Origin: Marsupella aquatica
Taxonomy: Eukaryota; Plantae; Marchantiophyta
Direction of reading: 5' to 3'
DNA length: 64,000 bases
Assembly: GCA_973895155.1 (NCBI GenBank)
Contig: OZ316898.1
Coordinates: 13,670,330 to 13,734,329 of the forward strand
Of this stretch, positions 27,801-40,593 are shown piece by piece (within the stretch, counting starts at the first letter, position 1; every line of letters starts with the position of its first letter). The position numbers were made by a program, and so were the translations under genes. The notes under the pieces were generated by a model. The model saw only the letters and a list, made by a program, of their open reading frames with translations, ran no database searches and was not told where the DNA came from.

Positions 27801-29224
27801 CCCTCATGGGACCAGCCCTGCTTGCCCCAACACAGGTGCCAACTGTGTCAAACAACCTCGCCTCACTTGTTCATTGTTGCCCCTCTATGATGATTGATGT
27901 CAAGGCCATGTTGAGATTTCTTCCTTATAGTCTAAGCCTTGGGGCACTCTATACACTGTTTTAAACTTTGATTCTTAAGATGAGATTAAATAATGCAACT
28001 GTATTATTGTCTTTACAAATAGGGACTAAGACAGTGTACTGTACAGTAATTCCGTTTTTGCTTTCTCTGAAGTTAATTAGTATTAGATAATTGTACAGTC
28101 TCCAAAACTGGACAATTCCAACAAGCATTTGAGTTTTATAACGTTCTGAAACCAGGAATTGGAGCATTTGAGTCTTTTAACGTTTGGAAACCAGAAATGG
28201 GCAGTAAGTTGTCCACAGCGAGCCAGACAGGTTTTCTACAATCACTCAATCTTCGTCTAACTGGAAAATTCCCATAAGCTCTTAAGTTTTAGAAATGTCA
28301 AGAAAGTAGCATGTTCACGGACTTGCGCAAATCGTATTTATCTGTTGTACACAACTCTCTGACATATGGAATCATTGGACTTCTCTTTTGAGGCTAGAAA
28401 TTAAAAACAACGTAAAATTCTTTGGATTGCGCTAGTTTGAACAGTCTAGACTAGTTGTAATACAGAGCACACATTCCCAAAGATCCTCCAATTATCAATT
28501 TAAAATCTCATGTCGTGCAAAACAGTACTGTGAATTCTAATCGAGATTTCAGTGAGATACTGGGATTTGTCAAATTGTCCAGGGTCTCGTTACAGCAATT
28601 GGAAGTAATTCAAATTATTGGATTACATTGGACCCGGAAACCTCAATTCACATGCATTTTGCCCTTAGCAACTACCCAAGGCACTCTGAAGATCATAACT
28701 GGCTCTTGCTCCAACATCCGTTGCAAAACAAGTTGCCCACCTGACTTTCAGCCATTGGCCAGCTTTGCAATTCCCAATACATCAATTCCTGAAGGCGAGA
28801 AAGCTTTAGAAGATATTCCAATTCTACTTCACGGTCGCGTCCATGCGTTAAAGGGAATGCTATCACGCTCAACTGGACAACGGACAGCATTAACCTTCAA
28901 TTGAGCAAAAATAACCTGTCACAGATCAATCGCAGAAGCACGAACTCCTACAGTTCGTCTAGTAGATACCAAACTGGTCCTCCATGGTGACCTCTGGAAA
29001 GCTGCATGAGTTGGTGACACCAGTCGATAAGGATCAAAATTCCAACTTGATAATACAGAATTATTTTGTTGGCTCATACCGAAGACTTGAGCCTCAATAA
29101 TGTATAAGCAAAGCTGAGACGCATGCACCTGAGATATGCATCACGAGTCCCGAAAAAATTGTCTTAGGATCTTCCAAAAACGCTTTACGCTTCCCGTACT
29201 CTCCGTGCATCGTGACATGATGTC

Positions 29225-29344
29225 CCAAACAGCACAACGACCACTGTAGCATCCCTACTTTGCAGTTCTTTCGCTTCAGTCTTCGTCATAAATGTCGCTG
29301 CTGGCCGACCAGTCTCCTTTAGAACCCAGTTGACAAAGTCATCG
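29225..29344 (-). pseudogene. Orphan exon resembling protein disulfide isomerase a/b-domain junction
   Basis: After TTCAG acceptor: DDFVNWVLKETGRPAATFMTKTEAKELQSRDATVVVVLF, similar to PDI DDIVNWLKKRTGPAATTL..AE.L....VAVIGFF. No CGHC exon found nearby. Confidence 0.5.
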
Positions 29345-30061
29345 CTGAACAAATCGACGATGAACCCTGATTTAGCCCTTGATTGGTCCAATGTGACTTC
29401 CTTAAGATTTAACTGCAAACAAGAAAATATTGCCTCAACTCACCAAATCCACCCCTTCACCTCGAAAAAGGATGATTTTCGTGGACATCCAAAAACTTCA
29501 GGTATCAGTGGAGAAACACTCCTTCTGCCATTGTTTCTTACGACACTTTTTAAGGCAACTACTTGGGGAAGTGATGGTCGACGTCTGGGGCACTCTTGGG
29601 AGCCTTCCATTAACAAAGACTAAAATAAAAATTGACTGACTAGCTGACTCCGACCCGAGAAATGTATTCCATATTCAAATGCAGAATCAAAGTAAACAAA
29701 AAACAATTCCAATCCGAGAGCAGCCTTCCAGTCTTGCGCTGAGGACTCACACGCAACCCGGATTAAATTAAAGTTCCTGTTCAGCTTCTCAATTCATGTT
29801 GAAAAGCGAATCAAACGGGGGAAGACCCTCAAGAACGACGTTGCAAGTCAAAACATGATGTTAGTTTTTTCAAGGATGTCTGTAATTTGAAGTTATATTT
29901 GTCTATTGAAAAGTCCTTTCTGTCTCTACTATCCAGACACAATGGCCACCATTCTCACATTTTGAGACTGTTTCTAATTACAATCAGTCAGTACCCCCAA
30001 ATACGACAATAGAGAATGAAGAAGAATGCAATTGTATTAGAAATACTCCTGATGCTCATAT

Positions 30062-30306
30062 GACCATTGCTACACGACATCTGCCTAACGATCCCCATCA
30101 ATTTGATATTCAAACCCGCCTATCAGGCACGTAGAGGTAGTCCAAACGGAAGTAGCATCTTCGAAGCTACGAGAATTTCAAGACCATTGCTACACATAGG
30201 ACATCTGCCTAACGATCCCCATCAATTTGATATTCAAACCCGCCTATCAGGCACGTAGAGGTAGTCCAGACGGAAGTAGCATCTTCGAAGCTACGAGAAT
30301 TTCAAA
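30062..30306. repeat. ~120-bp tandem duplication at inner edge of right inverted arm
   Basis: GACCATTGCTACAC...GCTACGAGAATTTCAA present twice, near identical. Confidence 0.9.
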
Positions 30307-30720
30307 GTGCCCCACATAGCAATTACGAATCAAAGAACATTCTGCACGTTTCTATGCTGAACCCAACATTCGAGACCTTCGACCAACGCCAATCGGATTA
30401 GAGATGCATTCGAATTTTGTATCTAAGCCGTGGACTGCATGACGAATAAGCAGTAGACCAGATGGAATTCATCTCGTAATAGTGAAGTAGTCCATTGATT
30501 GTACTAGTGAACGAAACTGATTCATCCGAATATTTACATCCGATAGAAGAATGGTACAACGGAAACGTCTAAGTATCCACAAAGCTTAGAGCACATACGA
30601 GGAGATACTCTCCAGGTCCTAACTAAAGTACCAGCCTCGCTTTAAGTACTCATTCTTGAATCTCTGCGCTACAACCCAAAGTTTTCCTTTCGGCTCTACA
30701 GTTGTCGACCTGCAGTGTTC

Positions 30721-31692
<972 letters not shown>

Positions 31693-32298
31693 CTAGCGTT
31701 GCCGACCACCGCCTTCTCACCAACCTACTATTCTACGCAGAATTTCACACCCACCACGGCCTCCACAATTGAAAGCTCCAACCGCAAGCCCAACTCGTAA
31801 AGAAGAAGAAGAAAGAACACTGAATGACTCCTCTAGTACGTGAAAGCCCCTTTAAATCGATTAGATGAGGAGTTGGGGAGAGGACGAGGAGGAGCAGCGG
31901 TCGGTGTACTTTACTGTCTACCATCCCGTTGGAAGCGTAAGCAGCTTCTCTGCCGTGCGATCCTCGGGATCCGGGGAGCGCGGTGGACTGTGGTCCGTTG
32001 GATCCATTCCGCGTTGGAGGGATTTGACTCTGCAGGACTGTAATAATAAGCCTGTAATGTAACGCAAGGTACGTTCATTAGAACAGGAGAACCTACAGTA
32101 GAAAGCACCAATGGAGTTGCCGACAAGACCCGACAGACAGCGTGTCGGAGGACCAGCACCTGGAACTGTCTGGATGGACCCAAAAGAAGGACTTCTTCGG
32201 AGGGACCGTCGTGGAACCACCTAGTGTACCTTACATTGCAGGACAGGTCCTCGCTCCTGGGACTACAGTTAATTGTACAGTGAGATCTCGATATAAGG

Positions 32299-32728
32299 CC
32301 CACTTTGGACTTGTCCGACAAATGAGGTGGACCTCCACATCTGACATGTGTCACACCTGGTCGCCCTGGCCCCGACTGGCCCACACCCGGTCCCGACCCG
32401 GCCTCTCCCAGCCAACCCCGGCCTGTCCCAACCTGCCAGGGAATATAGGTGAATATGCAACATTTGACCCCTGTTGGAGTAAAAAAATGATAAGTTGTCA
32501 TGTTGGACAACACTATAATGTGTCCGTCAGTTCAAACCCGAGAGATATGCTCAGTAGACCCCCTTGTGGACAAAGTTTGCTTAATTAACCCCTCAATACT
32601 TTTCCCCAATCTGGACCGTTGATGGACCTTTCAATCTCAGATCTGGACCATTGATAGACCTCAGGGGGTAGATCAAGTAACAAGTTTCATTTTGGGGGTC
32701 GATCAAGCAAATACCTCTTCAAACCGGG
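32299..32728. mobile_element. Small non-autonomous DNA transposon with nested MITE
   Basis: Flanked by direct repeat ATATAAGG (32291-32298, 32729-32736). Imperfect TIR CCCACTTTGGACT / CCCGGTTTGAACT. Not seen at the matching position of the left arm. Confidence 0.65.
32540..32717. mobile_element. 178-bp Mutator-like MITE (copy 1)
   Basis: Imperfect TIRs GAGAGATATGC..GACCCC / GAGGTATTTGC..GACCCC. 9-bp TSD TTCAAACCC/TTCAAACCG. Homologous copy at 54708-54882. Confidence 0.78.
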
Positions 32729-35083
32729 ATATAAGGCTGTCTTGCATGGAGACTGTCCTTAAAAACACAACCCTTTATATAATGTCTGTCAGGCTATGCG
32801 TGAGCCAAGCTTTCCCCCTCACTAGGCAGTCCTCACAGCAGAAAACGAGGAGTTGAAGGGTAATGGCTGGAAAGTTTCTGGCCCTTCATCGTCTTGACCT
32901 TTCATATATGAGTAGGGCAACATATTCCCCCTAGAACGAACCCTAGAACGAAGGAAAGGAAGTGACAAAGAAGGCCATGCAGGTGAGTAGGCAGGGCACA
33001 TGTCTTGACGTAAGAGATTATGTGAGGATTTGAGATGACCTTTATGCTGACAATTCAGGAGTTGTAAGGGCCGCATTTCTGAGGGTGATGGCACATCCAA
33101 GACAGCCCTAAGGGCTAGGGATTCCATATGGCTTCTTACACCAGCTCATTGCCCAGAGTTTCCTGTGACCAAAGTGTTGCGGGCCTGGTTTGGTCAAAGA
33201 CCAGAGATCTGTGGTTCTCTCAAGATGTGTGTGTCCACAACTCAATCGGTCAGCACACCATGGACTACACCAAATTTTTTGTCTGTGCTTTGGCTCCTTC
33301 AAGAATCATTGGCACCCATTTATAAATTGTAGGCACCCAGGGGACCTGCAGAGAGCATTGTGAAACTCATTGCAAACCGAAAACCCACTTCATTAAGCTA
33401 GCCCAAATCAGGTTTCAGTTAGGTCCCACAGTGGCTGAAGGGAAATGGGAAACAGGAGGATTGAGACACCCTTATAAGCACAAGGGCAAGGAGTTCATGC
33501 TACTCTTTGTGGGAAACGTTTTATTGGGCTTCCATGAGATCCCACTTCTTGGACCTTCCCATTTCATTTTTTTATCCACAGGAGGACCAGTTTATTCATA
33601 AGGGCCAAAGGAAGTAGAATAGAGTAAAAAGCAAAAGAGCTGTAGGACAAACTAAACAAATAAGAAGACTAAATAATGCAAACTCAAAACTAAACAAACG
33701 ATGGGTGGAAAATAGGCCACTCCAACAGTATGATTTTCTCTCTAATGGTCAAGATATAGTGCAGTAGCTAAGTCTTCTAAGTGTCACTGAGCTGTTGCTC
33801 CCATTTGTAAGGAACTGAATAGCCCCCAAAAGGGGAGATGGATGTCGAGTGTCATTGAGCTGTTGCTCCCATTTGTAAGGAAAGGAATAGCCTCAAATAT
33901 TTAAGTCAAACTTAAAATTCAAAGTGTGAAACTATTCTTACTCAAACGGGCATCCATGATCCCACTTTGGAGTACCATTTATGTTTTGGTGAAACCTGCT
34001 GCCTCAGAGATTTGACCTTTCGACAACAACACACAAGCCATGCTTGCTACTGCCAGGATATGCTAGTTTGGACAAACAAAGGGTGCACCAAGATTGGTAT
34101 TCTACAGATAGGAAAACTGAACGCAACTACCCTCATGTCTTCCAGTTCTGCATTAGGCGGGCTCATGATCAGGGCAGCTGGCACTGGGACCCTTTCCCAA
34201 CCATTAATGCTGTTTTCAAGAACTCTATACCAGAATAAGAACCATTTCCTTCTTATCTCCAATTCAATCTTTATATCAGTCATGGCAAGGCAAGGTGAAT
34301 AGTGCACCCTTGTTTGTTCTTTATCATACAAAGCATATATCTTTTTCATTGAGTGTTTTGCTTCGTTTGCTTCACTGGGTTGATACCTGGTCATTTCCCC
34401 TGTCACCCTAATGTCTCATTGGGGCATTTAGGATGGGCTTGAGCTCCATAAAAGGTGTTGAGTGGTCCACCTTTTTTTACTGGCAAGTGCTCCACGAGAC
34501 AATGTTCACCAAAAGAGGTAGAGAGGGAGAGAATGGGACTTTTATATGGAAATGTGTGGTTTAAAAATGTACAGAACAGGATTTTGGTAAGTGCAAAGTC
34601 ATGCAAAGTTGCTAGATTGGATTTACCAATGCCTGCGATTTCTGAAGCCTTCTTCAACTAATTGCACTTATCAATTTCAATTTCAATTTTTTCATAAGTG
34701 CAAAAAGGAGGCTGTGACCGAATTCTTGCACTTATGGAGGTCTGACTGTACCGTATGGTAAAGCATTTTAAAGTTTCAGTCACGACATCGAACGCAGATT
34801 TTAAGAAGTTGTGAATTTCGTCATCGCTGAGTATGCAGAGTGCACTCACCAATTTCCGCTCCATGGATTGAGCTATGCACACTGGGAAGTAATCATGTGG
34901 CGGATGTCGATGAACCCGAGCACGACAACAATCAAAGGAATTCCTGCGTGATTGCTGTGCCAGTACTGAGAAGTGAATTGAGTCTCTGAATTGGACTGTG
35001 AAAGCAGAGGGGGCTGGAAAACTTGAATTGGCAATGGAGAAGGGCTTGATTAACAGGTAGAGGGTGTATCTTCGTCGAAAAAG

Positions 35084-38000
35084 ATGGCCACCGTGCCGTT
35101 GCGAGCATCTCCATCCTCTACGCTTTTCTGGGAACCAAAAACGTCAGACTCTCTTAGATGGAGAGGTGCGGGAATTGACAGACTGATGAATTCCGTTTCG
35201 GTGTCCGCATCTGGCGTTCGAATTGGAGGTAGAGGAGAAGCTAGGAGCTCGTCGGTTTTGAAGGATTTCGTCTCGACTGGATTAAGCAAACAAAAGTCCA
35301 GGGTTAGGGCCAAACGCTTGGAATGGGATGGAGGCAGGAGCTTGAGTAGTGGTGGTAGCACGCAGAGGGATGTAATAGTTAGGGCAGTGGATGGTGGTGA
35401 TTTTAGGAGCAGGGAGAATGCGAAGGATAGAAGCTTGGAAAAGTTCAGAGGGGAGGAAAGCTACCAAAGTTTTTTCAGAGATCAAGTTTACGATTATGAC
35501 AGAGGAAACGACCTCGATGTGGATTATTCTACCCACGACGAAGGATTAAACGGAGTAGGTAGTGAGGTTGGGACAGTCATTCAAAATGATGACTTGCAAG
35601 AGCCGTTCTATGCACAGGAGGACGCGGAAGAGCTTAGGCCTGGTTTTAGGACTCGAGAGTGGGCGCAGCTTGATGGCGAGGAAAGACGCCTGGAGTCATC
35701 TGTGAGCCAGACGAAAGGAGCTTACAACAGCAATTTGGATGATGCCGGTCAGACATCCAGTCGGGAACAGGGACTATATTACCCCCCCAATCCAGTTTCG
35801 GAGAGCATACCACTAGCTGAGGATAGAAATAAATCTAGGATAGTTCTTAGAAACGCTCGAGATTATGATCATGTATATGAGAGCAGAGGATCACCGCCCT
35901 ACGAATTGGGGGCTGTTGAGCAATACCGAGGCCGACCTGCTGAAAATTTGGACAACAGATATGACCTCCAGATTAATGGGAACGACGAGGTATCTGGGAT
36001 TGAAGATGATGAGCAACAGGACCCGTTTCTACCCGGCAGTGGGAGGATTCCAAGGGAGACTCCTTCTACCACAATGTATAGAAGTGAAGCTGACCAGGAA
36101 CCGTCAGCGCGAGGTGTTGTGTACGCGAAACAAGTCATCAGCGTAGCGACGGCTCAAAGTCTTGGATTTGTCACTCAACTATGGGTGGACTTAGATAACG
36201 TATGCATTACTCTCCCTTGCCTGTCTATTTCTTGGTATTTATCTCCATAGAAGTCTCCAAGTTCAGCAATGCGAAATGTCTCTCACATAGGCAGAAGATA
36301 CATTGGAAAACTGTTGCTGTTACATCCCCAGGAGTGAATGAGCTACCTGATAACAAAAATCCAATAAAGATTGATACATGCTCGTTGCTTTGCTTTCAAC
36401 TAGCCAACATTTTCTTCGTAAGGGCCAGTTTGGAAGCAATGTAACGGTGAAGGACATGAAGAGTGAATCTCCTCTCCGTCTGTCATCGTGTTTCTCGGAG
36501 TGCATCTGGTATTCAGTTTCTTGTGTAGGGTAAATGGACTCCATAATCGCGGGTACGGAATTGCTCCCACGATTGCAAATTCTAGGCCGTATGTGTCACA
36601 GTTAGCCGATATCCTCCCGAAAACTGAGAAGCTTTAGGTCAATGGGAAGAAATCTGCATGTTATAGTAGCTAATATACTGGAGTGAATGTCAACAGTTGA
36701 AAGTGGTGGCTCTGGAGGTACGACCAGGCTTGCTTTTTGGTGACTACTGCAGCTTTCCTCTGAATAGTATCAGCAAGGTGCAAGTAACTTCACCCACCGA
36801 CTTACATTGTTTTGAGGTTTTGCATCATTCCTATCTAGTTGTACCTGGCTGCGGGAATGAAAGAATTCTAATTTGGTGTTTAATAATCATAGAGTTTCAG
36901 CTGAACGAGGGCTTGTTTTGATAGGAGTAAAGCAATTGTCACGTAAATACTCTATGGCGGTGCAAGTTCCGTTTTGCTGACCGTCTTGTCAATTGCAAAA
37001 ATCCTGAAAGTCGTCCACTTTCCTGCAGGTGGGAGATGTTGTCCTGATTCAGGACGATGATACTATTCTGGGAGGACGTGACTTGTTTAATTGTTCTGAT
37101 TTGGTGAGCTTTGCCATCCCTTCACAACAATCTTCAAATTATCATTGTGGGAACGTTTGTTATCCTTGATCTCGAACGGAAACAGTTTAGTGGTTGTGAA
37201 TTAGCAGTCAGTGAGGTTCAAAATTGTGTTTATTATTATCCATATGCTCTTGACGATTTACTTGTTTTTTCTGCACGTGCCTGGCTTGTGTAGGTTGGCA
37301 TTGATTTATTCACAGAAGATGGCATGTCCCTTGGAAAGGTATGTACTGAACAGTGGAACGAAATGTAACTAATCATGGCTCATTCACAAATGTCAGTTTG
37401 TGGGATTGAATTGCTATTTTTTCGTTTTGCAAGTTTCCGTTCACTTTCAAGCAATTGTGGAGTGTTGCGTCCAACCGAATGCCACACTGAATCTTTCTTG
37501 ACTTAATTAATCCGATCTTCTTTCGGACTGGTTCAATTTTTCCAGGTGCGAGATTACAACTTCAGCCTTGAAGATGGAGCAGTTGTATCCATCGAGTTTG
37601 ATAACTTTGGAGTACCCCTTATTCCATCCAAGCTGGTAACTCTTGTGAACTCTATGCCCTAGCTTGACAGTACGCAGGAAACCTAAATTAGACGAAAAAA
37701 AACTCGTAGCCAAGCCAGTAATTCAAAATGTGACGATCATGTGTTCATGGTGATGTAATATTATGTGTCAAGGCATCATTCTATACTTTGTCCTTGCTCC
37801 TGCCAGGTAAAAACGTACTCCTTGGCCGTTGATGAGGTCATTGAAACCCAACAAGATGGCCTTCTTGTTCGAAGGGGGGCTGAGAAGCGTGTTCAGACAC
37901 TGTCCAAGGTGTGCGCCAAATCGTCCCTACCGTCCCCCTGTAGTTCTTCTGTTTTGAGTTGTTGGTCATTGTCCGACTAATCCAGAGTAGACAAAGATTC

Positions 38001-38581
38001 ATCTCCATGATGTGCATAAATATGTGGCTGATAGAATCTATAAACATAGAAGCCATTACGCAGCTGTGTTGTTCCAGACGTCAGCTCAAGGCCCCACACT
38101 CTTGCAGGGATTCCTCTCAAGATCAAAGAAATCTTCCGCGGGACGGCAATCTCGGTGGAGGCCGCAGAGGAACGAGGCACCTGAAATTCAATACTTAGGA
38201 CAACCTTCCGAACGGGTCCGTGGGATTGCGGAAAGGGACAACTATAACCCCGGAGACAGGACTCCTAGACCGCAACCAAAGAGGGGAAACATGTACTCCG
38301 TTGGAAGAAGACGATTAGTAAATGAGTCTGCTAGTAGATTTGAAAGCGACCAAACTACTGACGTTTATTCAAGCAGTAGTTTCTCTTCAAGAGGCAGGGA
38401 CGTCAATCCTGAAGAGTTTGAAGACTATCCAATCGTACCGGTAAGAGACAGTCCACAAATATCAGAAAAGGACCAGACGCAAAGCTCAGATTTTGGAATT
38501 TCTCCTCCTGAGATCAGTGGGAACGGTAGGGTTTTGCCAATGCCATATCGAACCTCTAGACGGCGGGTTGAAAATGATTAG
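35084..38581 (+). CDS. PRC-barrel-like domain protein, probably plastid-targeted (~670 aa, 7 exons)
   Basis: Exons 35084-36199, 36697-36777, 37029-37103, 37294-37338, 37546-37635, 37807-37908, 38078-38581, all phase-0 GT-AG. Spliced core KQVISVATAQSLGFVTQLWVD..VVALEVRP..VGDVVLIQD..LGKVRDYNF..FGVPLIPSKLVKTYSL matches the plant/cyanobacterial PRC-barrel family. S/R-rich N-terminus. Confidence 0.88.
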
Positions 38582-40593
38582 TTAACTTTAGAGAATTTCT
38601 CAGGCTTTCAAATGTCCGAAAGGTTTTGGCAATCAAGCTACCAGAATTCCTGCTGGAAACCTCTTCGAATGGCATTCTGAAAGTGACCAAACTAGTGCCC
38701 TCTGCCGTGTCCGAAGGTGTGTCTGCTGACCAGGCACGCACTTGTATACTAGCATACAGTGGTTTTATATAGAATATTTCTAAGAAGGCCGAGGTGGAGA
38801 TTGGCCCACTATTGTTCTCCTCAGAAATGGTTGCACATTGGCTTTACAGTCAACAAAATCTTGGAAGATCACGTCAGTCTTGCACTTCGCAAATGCATTA
38901 TTCTCGTCTCAAACTCTGTCCTACACAAGTTACAGAACCACAACATATCTTGAAGACGAAATATGAAATAAGGATTCGCACAAGTGACATTTCTATAGTG
39001 CATAGGTTCGCAACCTGCTGTATTTTCCGGCCATTGAAGACCACCTCTTTCCGTCGGTAGAGGCATCTCACCGCACCCATGTGTATGTCATGGCAGCTAA
39101 GGAATCTTGGAAACAATTGTGGGATCAGCGTGGGGCCTGCAAGATCAATAGAGAGATCCTCCGATGCTCGGAAACCTGAAGGTCAGTTAATTTCGACGGC
39201 AATTTCAAAATCTATCTATACACACCAAGACGATGTGCACTTTCAAGATTTCATTGATTAGTCAGGATAGCGATTGAGACGCGAATATAATCATGATGCT
39301 TTTTCTCACTTTTCGGTATATCAATATCTGAAAGACTGTAGTCCATACATTGCAATCCGTTCAGTGGGGAAACACTCCAGATGACTTGAGCAGTGGCCTT
39401 GATCGGTAAAGAGAAAGATCAATGGAAACAGAAAACAGAAAACAGTGAACATACGATCGCTTGACAGAATGTTGTATAGGACGTGTCTCTCTGAATGATC
39501 CCGATTCGGTTGGCTTGGATTCGGAGACTTTCCAGATATGCCTTACCAATAGATCCCTACATTTATGAAGCAAAATACACTCGTTCTAAGTATCTGTGAA
39601 GCAAAGTGTGATCTGGTACGCTCAAAGGCCAATCCGTCGCATGCCTCTGCTACGTTTCCCCGAAAGGAACAAGTACTATGATGCGAGCGAAAATAATACA
39701 ACAAATTTGGTCAATTTGCAGTCAGCATTCGACTTATCTAGCTTTCAAACAAATCTGTTGGAAGAATGTTATTTTGTCTTTTCTATCGAAAGGCGAGCCC
39801 TGTCCTCCCTGTTCAACATAAGTCTGTATGGAGCGTGCGACATATGAGCGCAAGCTAATGCGAACGATGGACCAACTGGACATCATTTTGGACCAAGCTC
39901 GGTCATCGTGGTGATTACTCTTGGAAAACTTTAGCAGGGAGATTCGATGAAGCTTCAGCAATCGAATCTGCCACCCTGTCTAGATTGCTGACGTAGGTAA
40001 ATAAGGTTTTTTAGTCGGCCTTGTTTGACCGTCTTTGTTTTCCTTGGCTCCGACAACGGTCATGGATGGATATTCACGGCACAGGATGACTTGTAGCTAT
40101 CCACTCATGTGGGGTGCCAGACCTCTCTGGAGAATTTGTAATTTGCGCAGTTCTCCGTGGAATTGAAGTTCCCCTTCCCACAATCGGAATCGTCTGAAAT
40201 AATCTATCGCTCCTGGGGCTTCAATTGCTGTACTCTGGGTCCTGTCTCTGGATCATAGAAGTTGATCGAGCAGCCCGACCCTAAAGCATCTCGCACAGAC
40301 AGTTTGTATGAGTGCAGTACTTAAGTCCTCACCAAACTCATGTAGCAACGGCGTCAAATACCGTCATCAGTCATTACAATGAAGCTTCTGGGGGCTGCGA
40401 TGGAAACGAATTCCATCATTTGAGGGACGGCAATTCTTTGCATGGAATGTTGAACGGCCATTGATAGATATACATTCCAACATCATTGTTCGCGAGTTCG
40501 CATCAGAGAAGAATTCAAAATTCATGATAGGATTCTGAATTCGCACCAACAACGCTCTGGATATCTCCATCGAGACACGACGAATTCTCAGCC

